A stretch of DNA of 56,937 nucleotides from Andalucia godoyi And28 (Eukaryota; Protista; Jakobida). Positions 48,206-56,937 of this stretch are shown in pieces. The notes under the pieces are model-generated. The model saw nothing but the letters and a program-made list of their open reading frames with translations, did not search any database and was not told where the DNA came from. The position numbers and the translations under genes are program-made. Where the stretch lies: assembly GCA_009859145.1 (NCBI GenBank), contig VRVR01000014.1:335373-392309 (forward strand), given 5' to 3'. The stretch's first letter is position 1, and the number at the start of each line of letters is the position of its first letter.

Positions 48206-49819
48206 TTAAAAAGGGTCACTCCTGTACAGAAGAGGGTGTCTAGATTCATCGGACCGCTTCATTTGGTTGTCATAGTCCGAAAGAATATTCGAAACTGATT
48301 GAGGAACATTTCGTAACTCAGCCTCCACCAAACAACCAAGCTCGAGGACATTGTTGGCCACGTCGCCCAAAGCACCGACATCGAGCGCCGTCGAGCCAAT
48401 CCTGCAAACATCCTTTGTCGCCGCACAGGCTTCTCCTCGCTGCAGAAACGAGTCTTCCAGAATGTGCACAGGATACAAACCTTCTGCAAAAGCAGTTGGA
48501 CTCAAATACCATTCATAGGGACACCACGTTTTGCGGAAATTTTCAAGAAGCGGAGCTTTAAAGTACTCCGCTACCTCCTTGCAGGGAAACATGGGCAGTA
48601 TCAGATCTCGCTTCAACGAGAGCGCCAAAGTAGTGGCCTTCTTTGCAGCAGCATATCGTTCTGCGAGATTATTCCCGCATTTGTAGTCGTACGTTAGAAC
48701 ACGTCTTTGGAAATGCTTCATGCCTTCCTTCGTTTTGTCAATGTCGAACAAATCCAAGGAACGCAAGCCGTGAGTCTTCGGCGCGAGGTAATAGTTCGTC
48801 ATGTGAATCGCGATGGCATCCGACGCAAATCCCGCGGCATACCCGGCATAGATGGGATACTTCAGCGTATCCAAAGTTCGAATCCGGACACACCAATCAG
48901 GGTGCAGCTTCGCTCCGCTGTACTCGATCACATCTGTTGAGGAATCTGCGTACCCGTACGAACACATCCACTCTGGATGATCAGTCAACAAGCTGATACC
49001 GTACAGTTGGTCATTGCACACACGCTCATGCAGGAGTAGCACCAATGCATACTCTCTCCAGTAAATCATGGTGCGCTTGGTGGGGAACAACACAAAGAAC
49101 CCCCAGTTTGCAGAAACACCAGACGCCAACTTTCGCAGCACACTGACAGTCCTCGGCAGAGGCCCGTAGTAAGGATAGTCGTACGTGGAGAAGGCAATGT
49201 CTGTATTACCCATGATGTGGGACAGATCCATGGGACCCCGAAACACAACGTCAATGTTGGCATAGATCACAATGTATCCCATTTTCAACAGCATGTAGTT
49301 GATAATCGTCTCGATCACGCCGCTGAAGTTGCCACCGTTTGGCTCAAGATCAAGACCATCTTCATACTCGTCTCCGCACTTTCCCAGATCAAGCTTGTCC
49401 ATGATGAGCGAACCAACGATTGTATGACCAGGAAACTCGCGTTCGACTTCGTCAAACAACGCTTGGTGTCGGACGGCAAGCAGCCAGTTTTTGTAACCAG
49501 CCTTTTCGATATGGTGGATCCAATTGAAAACGGTATCCCCACCAAATGTCGCAACACCAAATACGACCTCTCTTCGATTATCAACCGTGTTGCTCGACAC
49601 AATGTGGCGAACCAGGTCGAACTCATACGAGAGACGCCGGATCAAATGGGCGAATCGTTGCGCAGAGACCAATGGATCCCAGACAGCGGTCGAACCCCAA
49701 TCACTCACAAAAACGCCACCTTCATCGAAACCCAGGTGATGGACTAAAGACCCAAGAAGCGTTACGGCAAGGATTACAGAGACAAAGATAAAGGAGATCG
49801 GAAATCTACAATGTAACAT
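48206..49819 (-). CDS. Type II membrane nucleotide-diphospho-sugar transferase (GT77/Nucleotid_trans-like) (537 aa)
   Basis: N-terminal TM, LLKMGYIVIYANIDVVF, ANWGFF, CNDQ, IHMT, C-terminal RDLILPMFPC extension reminiscent of XEG113-type enzymes. Confidence 0.7.
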   Translation of the reverse strand: MLHCRFPISFIFVSVILAVTLLGSLVHHLGFDEGGVFVSDWGSTAVWDPLVSAQRFAHLIRRLSYEFDLVRHIVSSNTVDNRREVVFGVATFGGDTVFNWIHHIEKAGYKNWLLAVRHQALFDEVEREFPGHTIVGSLIMDKLDLGKCGDEYEDGLDLEPNGGNFSGVIETIINYMLLKMGYIVIYANIDVVFRGPMDLSHIMGNTDIAFSTYDYPYYGPLPRTVSVLRKLASGVSANWGFFVLFPTKRTMIYWREYALVLLLHERVCNDQLYGISLLTDHPEWMCSYGYADSSTDVIEYSGAKLHPDWCVRIRTLDTLKYPIYAGYAAGFASDAIAIHMTNYYLAPKTHGLRSLDLFDIDKTKEGMKHFQRRVLTYDYKCGNNLAERYAAAKKATTLALSLKRDLILPMFPCKEVAEYFKAPLLENFRKTWCPYEWYLSPTAFAEGLYPVHILEDSFLQRGEACAATKDVCRIGSTALDVGALGDVANNVLELGCLVEAELRNVPQSVSNILSDYDNQMKRSDESRHPLLYRSDPF

Positions 49820-50129
49820 CGCTGAGCAGAATGAGCAGAAGACTGCGGCGGTCGCAGGATGAACCGTTTTTATCAAACCGCTGGAATATTGATCCTCTAC
49901 TTAACTGTTTTTTTCTCCCGGTTGCAGCTGCGGAGAGGAGTGACGAAAGAAGTTTCCAGGAAAACCCCTCAAGATAGGAATATTATTTTTACCGGTAGCA
50001 ACTTTTCGAGCTTTTCTCATTGCGTATTAAATTTCGTTTTCACTGTCGTTGACAAAATGCTTGAAGCCCTAACTAGGGTTATTATCTTCAACGCAACACC
50101 ACCGCAGGAAACTGCAGTGAAGCTGCAGC

Positions 50130-50655
50130 GTCGCTACATTCGTCACTTCTTGATGGGAGATGACACAGCGTCCCCTTTAAAAAGGTCCACGGAATGTGCA
50201 AGCACTGCGTGCAGGCAGTTCTCGGAGCAGAAAATGCGCCGTGAGCTGCCCAGATTTCATCCTGCAAAAAACATTCCAGTGCCTGATTTGTCTTTGCAGG
50301 AAAAAACGCAACATGGCACACTTATTTGGCCGAATCTGTGCCCCATCTACTCTTTCTGTTTTGAATGCTGTGCAAGAGGAGCGTCCAGTGTCGACTGATC
50401 CACCCTACGAGCGTGAGGGACCGACGGCAGATAGCGGCACGTCTACTGAGCCTCTGAAGAAGCTTCCGCGACAGCAGGTGTCCATCGTGTCGGCTGGGCT
50501 TCGCGAAAGGCGTGAAGCTTGGAGCAATTTTATCCGACGATTCACTAAAAGCCATGTATCGATGTAGCATTCCTTTCGGTATTATCAAAGACCCCGCCGT
50601 GAGAGGTGCATTCGAGGATTTCAGGCAGCAGACAATGGAGAAGAACAGCTCATGA
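50130..50655 (+). pseudogene. Possible degenerate hAT-like transposase relic (BED-finger-like plus IPF segment)
   Basis: Across a frameshift and stops: YIRHF...FKKVHGMCKHC...SCKKH, and later LKAMYRCSIPFGIIKDPAVRGAF. Motif resemblance only. Confidence 0.35.
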
Positions 50656-51441
50656 GTGAATTAGGGGATTGGATGACTTCTTCTTCTTTTCTTTTTCCAA
50701 CTTTCAAAAAAATTAAAAATTTAATATTAAAAAAAAAAACGCGATGTGTACCGTGAACGGGCGTTTACGTCCCCGCGAAAGTTTGGAAAGCAATATGTCC
50801 AATGTCCAACACATACGGAAAATGGTCCATAGCACGACGTCGTTCAGGAGTCATACGTAAAATATTAATTACCTAATTCCCGACTACAGTCGTCTTGTAA
50901 CAATACATAATTCAACAGTGAATCTGTCCTCGCCGCTGCATCCAGTGATGGAATGTGTCACGAGGGACATCCCATGCGTGTGCTCCGAGCCTTCGTTGCC
51001 CGGCGGGGAACTAATCACGCTCGCAGAGAAGAGACAGGAAGGGTGTCACCTGTTGCATTCCGTTGAGTTATGCAGAGTAAGCAGAGTAAGCAGAGCACTG
51101 CATCCAGATTGGGTTCTTTATTGTACCACGCGTGCTCATTGGGGGGCGCGTATGGCAAGGTACAGCGCACACAGCTCCCGCTCCGTCTTGAGCTGGAGAG
51201 GCGCAGTGATGTTCGGCCTGTGCCCATCGGTGAAGCTGTGGCGAATTGGTGATGCAACTGCCAAGCCTACGCTTGTCGACATGGATGTCAGTACGTGTGC
51301 TTGTGTGTGTTTTTGTGTGAGTGACGGTTTGCACGTGTGCTGATCAACTGTTTCTTGTTTTCTTTTATTTTTCGTAATAAAAATCTTTTGCACTAATTTT
51401 CTGATTCCACCACACTCCCCAGCGACGTCGGAGAACAGAAC

Positions 51442-53061
51442 ATGCCTCCGCTACCCGAAGACCACTTCCCAGAGCTCAGCCATGCCACTCTAACAGATTT
51501 CATGTCGAAATCGCAGAGACTGCGTCATCAAAAGCAAGAGAAACGAAACAGGGAAACAGCTGCAAAAGCAGAGCTGGCGTACAAAGCCAGGGAGGCGGCC
51601 GTCCAATCCGGGGTCCGCCACTTTTTAATGAAAGTGGCTGTTGACACCAGCGTGGAACAGAAAGAGGAAGATAAGGAAGGCGAGGAACGGCATTCTGGTG
51701 AAGAGAATAAAGAAAATGCGAATGCAGTGGCGCAGCATCGGCAACCGAGGGACACCATCTGCCAGAGAGACAAGGAAGTTGTCTGGATCAGCATGCGGAC
51801 CAAGACATCCACGTTGCGCGATCTTGCGGCAGTATTGAATCACAAGGAAGCGGCTCTGTACCAGACATATCACCGCGTAGAAAAGCGTGCGAAACGCGGA
51901 GAAGATGCGCTTCAGCCGCTCGCACATGGAGCGATGAATCCCAAATGCCGACGACCTCGACTGCTTTCTGATGACCAGCTTCTTTGGGCAGCGCAGCACC
52001 TGGTAATCGACAACACTCTCCACTACAGAGATCTAATGGGAATGATGCAGAAGCAGTTTCCGGAACTGGAACAGCACAACCTGGAAAACGGAGCTGCAGT
52101 GCTGCAGCACTGGATGCATGTGCATCTGGGATTCCGAGCAGCCGACTTCTATCCTCTCCCACTTAGCAGAAATTTGCCGAGGATTATCGATGCAAGGTAC
52201 CAGTACGCAAAGATGATGTCGACTGTGAAACGCGCAGCGTACGACAATGCAATACTCATCGACGAGGCTCCTTTCAATGTTTGCGTGCTGCCAAACAAAG
52301 GCCTCAGTGTGAAAGGGTGCAGTCCGCTGGTGCCGATTGGAAAGATCGATCTTCCAAACATTTCTGCAATCGTGGCAGTGAACAAAGAGAGGATGATGTA
52401 TTTCGAGTGCTACGACGGCAGAGTGAAAGCACAGACATACGCGGATTTTCTCAGACATCTCTTCGCCGAGTTGCAGAAGACTGGTGGAATTCCCAAGAAA
52501 GGCGACCCAAAACAGCTCATTGTTCAGGACAACTGTGCTATTCACAAAGCAGAAATTGTGCAATCCGAAATCCCAGAAGGCATTGAAATGTGCTTTTTGC
52601 CCGCGTATTCGCCGTTTCTCGATCCTTGTGAAGAAGTCTTCGGCACGTGGAAATGGTATTTCACCCAGATTGTCGTGAGAACTCTTCCGCAATCAAAAGA
52701 GAATCTTGTCGACTTGATATGCAAGGCCTACCGCCAAACCACATCTTCTGAAATCAAAGGTGCGTGGGGTCATTCTCTGTCGTTCTTCACAGATTCCTTG
52801 GACCGCCAGCCGGTCTCAAGGCGGAGGCTTCTTGACCATGTTCATGCAGGAGACGAAAAGGAAGCTGCAGCGATTCGCAAGTTCAGAGAACGGGGATTGG
52901 AGTACGCCCCAGAAAGCACGGGCGAATCGACGGGACTCCGCGAAGAGCATGAAGCGGTCATTGAAGAATCAGACACTGGAGAGCCACAACCAGCCGTCGC
53001 CACCATCCACGCTGCTCAGCAACATCCGGGGGAAAGAGAAGATGACGACGATGATGATTAG
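51442..53061 (+). mobile_element. IS630/Tc1-mariner DDE transposase ORF (DD33E), intact, no TIRs found (539 aa)
   Basis: LIDEAPF, NISAIVAV, YADFLRHL, IVQDNCAIHK, FLPAYSPFLDPCEEVFGTWK, upstream HTH-like segments. Confidence 0.9.
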
Positions 53062-53476
53062 CAATTCGAAAATGAATGTTCTGCTTGGCGTTGTCTCATA
53101 CGTAAAATCAGTGGCTCAGTGAAGCCAGAAAAACCAAAAATGCAAGCCACAAAGAAAATCGGCAAGGGAAAAAAAATTTGGCTTCCTAGCGTCAAGCCTT
53201 ACACTTCAAAATGGATCCCTGCCACTGTAAAATGGATCTCTTACATTCCGTGATGTTTGGGTGTACTTTTGTTTGCCAATTTGCGTTCTTCTGGTTTTCA
53301 GTTTTCGAAAGTGTTTGGGGCTCATATACAAGAATAGCGCGGGACGATCCGGCACGAACATCTAGCACAGATTGCTGCACAAGTCTGCCGTTCTGCTTAG
53401 CGCAGTCCTCGTTTTTGTGTTTTGTGCGGTTTCTACTTCCGTCTTCCCGGTTCACTGCGAACGAATTCTTTTTTAA

Positions 53477-54314
53477 ATGTCTTCCAGTACGTCAGTGTAC
53501 GTTCTTCGGTGCGAGCAGGGGCAAGTATTATGTTGGCAAATCCGCCAATGTGAGGAGTCGGATAGCAGATCACATGAAGGATTTGGGAAGTGCGTGGACT
53601 GCAATGTATCGACCGCTGGAGTTGATTGAGGTCATTTCTGGAATTGATGGAATTGATGAAGACAAGTATGTGAAAATGTATATGCAGAAATACGGCATCG
53701 AGAATGTCCGCGGTGGTTCGTATTCGCAACCGGTTCTGCAGTCATCGTCCATCGAAACATTGCATCGAGAGTTGCGCACGGCCGCAGATCGCTGTTGGAG
53801 ATGCGGTCAAGCAGGTCATTTTGTAATGGATTGCCATGTCTTCAACGAATCTTCTACATTGCATAGACCTTGTCAGCGATGTGGCCGTTATGGTGATTGC
53901 ACGGAGCAGTGCTTCGCTCGCACTGTATTCAGTGGGAATGGGTTGCAAAGATTGGAATGCACTCGGTGCGGAAGAAGAGGTCATAGTTCACTCCAATGTT
54001 TTGCGAGAATGGATAGATCCCTCAAAGGAATCGTCTGTTACCGATGTGGTCAAAAAGGCTACTATGCTACGGACTGCTTTGCTCAAGCTGGTGCTTGGCA
54101 TTCGAGTTTCTGTGATGACAAGACGTCGTTTGCGAAGAGTTCGAATTACCGTCATCGAATGCGCCGTCGGGCGGATTGGACAGCGTACCGTGCACAACAT
54201 CCCCAACAGTCGAACTTCGGATTCTCTGACCACTTTCTGTGCCCCTCAAGTTTTCTTGGAGTGCTGATTGTCTCTCTCTTGTGCTGCGTGTTCTTCAAAT
54301 TCTTGACCAAGTAA
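53477..54314 (+). CDS. GIY-YIG nuclease plus zinc-knuckle repeats (giant-virus-type architecture); apparent 1-nt frameshift at 53518-53521; hydrophobic C-terminus (about 278 aa if corrected)
   Basis: MSSSTSVYVLRCEQG in one frame joins KYYVGKS...R...H...GSAWT..YRP...DEDKYVK.YM.KYGIENVRGGSY in the ORF-track frame. Then CWRCGQAGHFVMDC, CTRCGRRGHSSLQC and two degenerate knuckles. Confidence 0.8.
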
Positions 54315-54827
54315 CAACTCACGAAAATTCCCCGGATCACATCCGTTTTCTTCGGGTTTGAACCACGTTTTTTAAAACAGTTTCGTGAAATACAGCTCCT
54401 TCTGCGTTCGTGATACAGTGCCTTCAAGTGTTCCATCCGATGCGTAGAGGAGGATCACACCATTTGCAACTTGGCTGAGGTCAATATTTTCGTGCAAATG
54501 CGAAGTCCTCAATTCACACATATCCAGAGCACTGGATATCATTTCTGGTGTCGTACTTACGTGTTTGATCGCGGTTTTCGTTCTGACTGCGACTGTATCC
54601 ATACTTTTCTCGTCTACTAAATTCAGATATCCCGACTCTGGTCCCCGAACAGTGAAAAGATCCTGATTGGCGACAGAAGATTCGAAGTAAAGAGCTTCGT
54701 CTGAGCTGCCTCATTTCCAAATCGCGAATTATGGCCAGGGAAGTGTCGGAACGGAACATAAAAAGGAAGCCTTCTTTCGTCTGGTTCGTGCTCGAGTTGA
54801 ACTTCCCAATGTAAACACCTGGTAACT

Positions 54828-56651
54828 TCAACCACGGACAGCCGCACAGAACTCCCGAATGCGTCCAGCCGTTGCATTGTCCACGCTACACCGCTCTTCC
54901 AGCTCAAAAAGTGTAGGCGCTGCGTCCCGTAGCTGCTGGTAAAACAATCGCAGAGAATCGCGGCCGAACAGCACCGGTGTATCAAGCGAGGTATCCAGCA
55001 GATGAGTGATGATTTCTCTTCGAATCTTGAACAAGTCGTCCTTCGTCCGCACGCGAGTGTGTGAGTCCTGTTGCAGATTCTTCCTCTCATCAAGAACAAT
55101 GGCCATTGGCGGCAGCCACGAGAGCACGTCGCCGAATGCAATGCATATCGTGGTCAGCATTGCCTGTTGCAAGCAGACCTGCAATCGCTCGCCATCGGAC
55201 AGATCGGCCAACGACGCCACTGCATCCAGCCAGTCGGGCGAGAAGGCAGCATGGTAGTGAAACTCATTTTTGTCTCGTTTTTGCATAAACGACGCACCGC
55301 CCCAGTCAATCAAGCATATGGGAAATCGCACGGCAGCTTGTTGCTCATCCAGCAACACGATGTTCTGCGGACAAATATCCATGTGGTGGATGCCATTCTC
55401 GTGGCAATTCGACACGATGGATGTCAGCTGAAGAAGGAGCTCGGCGCAGTAAAGCATCGCATGGTCGGAAAAGCACGATGCAAGCGGCAAAGGATTGCCG
55501 ACGGGAGTCGTGCACAGAATGCCGCCACGCTCGGACTGCTCGGCGAGAACAAGAGACGGCACCCAGTACTTGTGAGCGTCCCAGTCGATTCTCGAAATTT
55601 CGAGCAGCACACTTCGCTCCGTTTCCATCTCACCCAGCTTCGAAGGTGGAAAGATCTTCACGACAACTGGGGTCGTTTGATCCACCACACCCGTCGCAAC
55701 CTCGACTGCATCCGGCTCTCCCACTCCATGCACGGGTCCACGCTGCAGCATCCCGGTTAACTGGAGTCGACGTGACACGGAGAGTGATTCGACAATGGCA
55801 GACGATGCAGTGGACACGACGGGAGGTGCTTCGCCGTCCCAGGAACACATCGTGTGGGAATCAAATGACAGCAACATGCACAGTGCACGCAAGCCCTGTG
55901 TGTCCAGTGCAACGGGATTGGTTTGCAGCAGATCATAGTCCCAGCCGCTGCGCGTCTGCAGAATGCGCAGATGCAGGAACACGATCGACGTGCGGTTGCA
56001 CGCAAATCCCCAGTACGAGCGTCGGCGTATCCCGCACTCTTCGACCATGTGTGCAAAGCGTTGGTACACTTGCTGGACAGCCTCCTTCAACTTCGCATCC
56101 GCAACCTCACCGCTCGATGCTTTGAGCTCTCCCACAAGACACGCTTCGAAATATGTGGCCAGCCGCCGTGCAACGCGTCCTCGGCAAAAAAGCAAGTCCA
56201 CGCGCTGGATCAGTCCATAGAGGCCGCTTCTCGAAAAATCGACCACATGCACATCGCCGTGCTTGGAAAGAAATCGCATGAAAAATAGCCGAACCTGATC
56301 ATGCAACTGTGGCTCGGGACAGTCTAGAGGCAAACTTCCCACAGTATCATTCCACAGGGTTTGGAAATCATTCCAATGCAAAAGAGAAACCTCAGCGAAG
56401 GCGAAGAGCTGCTGCAGAGTAGCTCTCGAGGTGCAGAGGGTTGTACCCCGACTGCGTGAAGATGAGCCGACTGCCAGTAGGTCTCGCGAGAGTCCGATGA
56501 GGAACGTTTCGATCCTCGACTTTTTCAATTCATCTTCAAGCCATTGCTCCCTGCTCTGCGACTTCTCTTTTTCTTGCCGTTCCTTTTCTTTCTCACGATT
56601 TAATTGCTCGACTTGCTGACGCAACCTCTGCAGCTCATCGTTTGGATCCAT
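54828..56651 (-). CDS. Crinkler/CR-effector-like protein: coiled coil, PD-(D/E)xK REase-like domain, kinase-like domain (607 aa)
   Basis: N-terminal QRLRQQVEQLNREKEKERQEKEK. REase-like LVGELK...AVQQV...YWGF. Kinase VVVKIF, E helix, IHHMDICPQNIVL, LIDWG. Confidence 0.7.
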   Translation of the reverse strand: MDPNDELQRLRQQVEQLNREKEKERQEKEKSQSREQWLEDELKKSRIETFLIGLSRDLLAVGSSSRSRGTTLCTSRATLQQLFAFAEVSLLHWNDFQTLWNDTVGSLPLDCPEPQLHDQVRLFFMRFLSKHGDVHVVDFSRSGLYGLIQRVDLLFCRGRVARRLATYFEACLVGELKASSGEVADAKLKEAVQQVYQRFAHMVEECGIRRRSYWGFACNRTSIVFLHLRILQTRSGWDYDLLQTNPVALDTQGLRALCMLLSFDSHTMCSWDGEAPPVVSTASSAIVESLSVSRRLQLTGMLQRGPVHGVGEPDAVEVATGVVDQTTPVVVKIFPPSKLGEMETERSVLLEISRIDWDAHKYWVPSLVLAEQSERGGILCTTPVGNPLPLASCFSDHAMLYCAELLLQLTSIVSNCHENGIHHMDICPQNIVLLDEQQAAVRFPICLIDWGGASFMQKRDKNEFHYHAAFSPDWLDAVASLADLSDGERLQVCLQQAMLTTICIAFGDVLSWLPPMAIVLDERKNLQQDSHTRVRTKDDLFKIRREIITHLLDTSLDTPVLFGRDSLRLFYQQLRDAAPTLFELEERCSVDNATAGRIREFCAAVRG

Positions 56652-56937
56652 TGCGCTCACAGTTTAACAGGAAAACGCTTTTTGAAGAAAGGAAAGGGGA
56701 GGGGAAAAGAAAAATGGTGAAGGACCCGGAAACAAAATAAAAAAGAATGGAAAAGGAATGAGACTTGTCACGCGCTATCTGGATTTACGCCAGATCGAGT
56801 TACTGCAAAAATCAAAACCCCCAAATCAATTTCGCACTCAGTAAACTTAAATTATCTATCTTTATTGTGCACTGCAGTCCTTCGGTTTGAACCCAGCTGA
56901 GCACAAAACCTGTCGCGCTGACGCGGTTTTTAAAATT

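Noticed and set aside
50885-53229. TA-CAGT ... ACTG-TA as Tc1 termini
   Set aside because: Only the terminal 4 nt match; the inward sequences do not form an inverted repeat.
53211-53476. Hydrophobic N-terminal ~90 aa of the 367-aa ORF
   Set aside because: Does not resemble a GIY-YIG N-terminus; the missing motif half is in another frame starting at ATG 53477.
50885-54597. 8-bp inverted match TACAGTCG / CGACTGTA enclosing the transposase and GIY-YIG gene
   Set aside because: Too short, and a similar word also occurs near 23482; compatible with chance.
1-56937. CRISPR arrays, rRNA, tRNA, LTRs and telomeric repeats
   Set aside because: None seen; repeats are limited to microsatellites, homopolymers and the listed short duplications.

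Overview
Gene-dense, intron-poor eukaryotic (protist-type) genomic DNA. Coding regions are roughly 50% GC, and intergenic tracts are short and rich in A/T and microsatellites. About 19 protein-coding genes are recognisable from motifs. Housekeeping genes: RGLG/copine-like vWA protein, type-B carboxylesterase, TAM41, DNA polymerase epsilon catalytic subunit (3 exons), a small spliced ATP synthase F6/h-like gene, squalene epoxidase, NHE-type Na+/H+ exchanger and a two-pore channel. Large surface or signalling proteins: an FG-GAP propeller on a Cys-rich stalk, a 2.7k-aa ASH/Ig-repeat protein and a multi-TM PAS adenylyl cyclase. An accessory island at about 50.1-56.7 kb holds a possible hAT relic, an IS630/Tc1 transposase, a giant-virus-like GIY-YIG/zinc-knuckle gene and a Crinkler-like REase-kinase. 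The most unusual observations are an ALKBH1-Cupin_5 (DUF985/Cff1-like) fusion, a Pol epsilon whose C-terminal CysB metal site has no cysteines, and two virus-like nuclease/repair genes each apparently interrupted by one extra base in a G/C homopolymer. All family assignments come from recalled motif consensus; no database search was run. The organism cannot be identified from this window; squalene epoxidase suggests an aerobe. Several ORF-track starts are non-ATG, and I moved them to the first plausible ATG.
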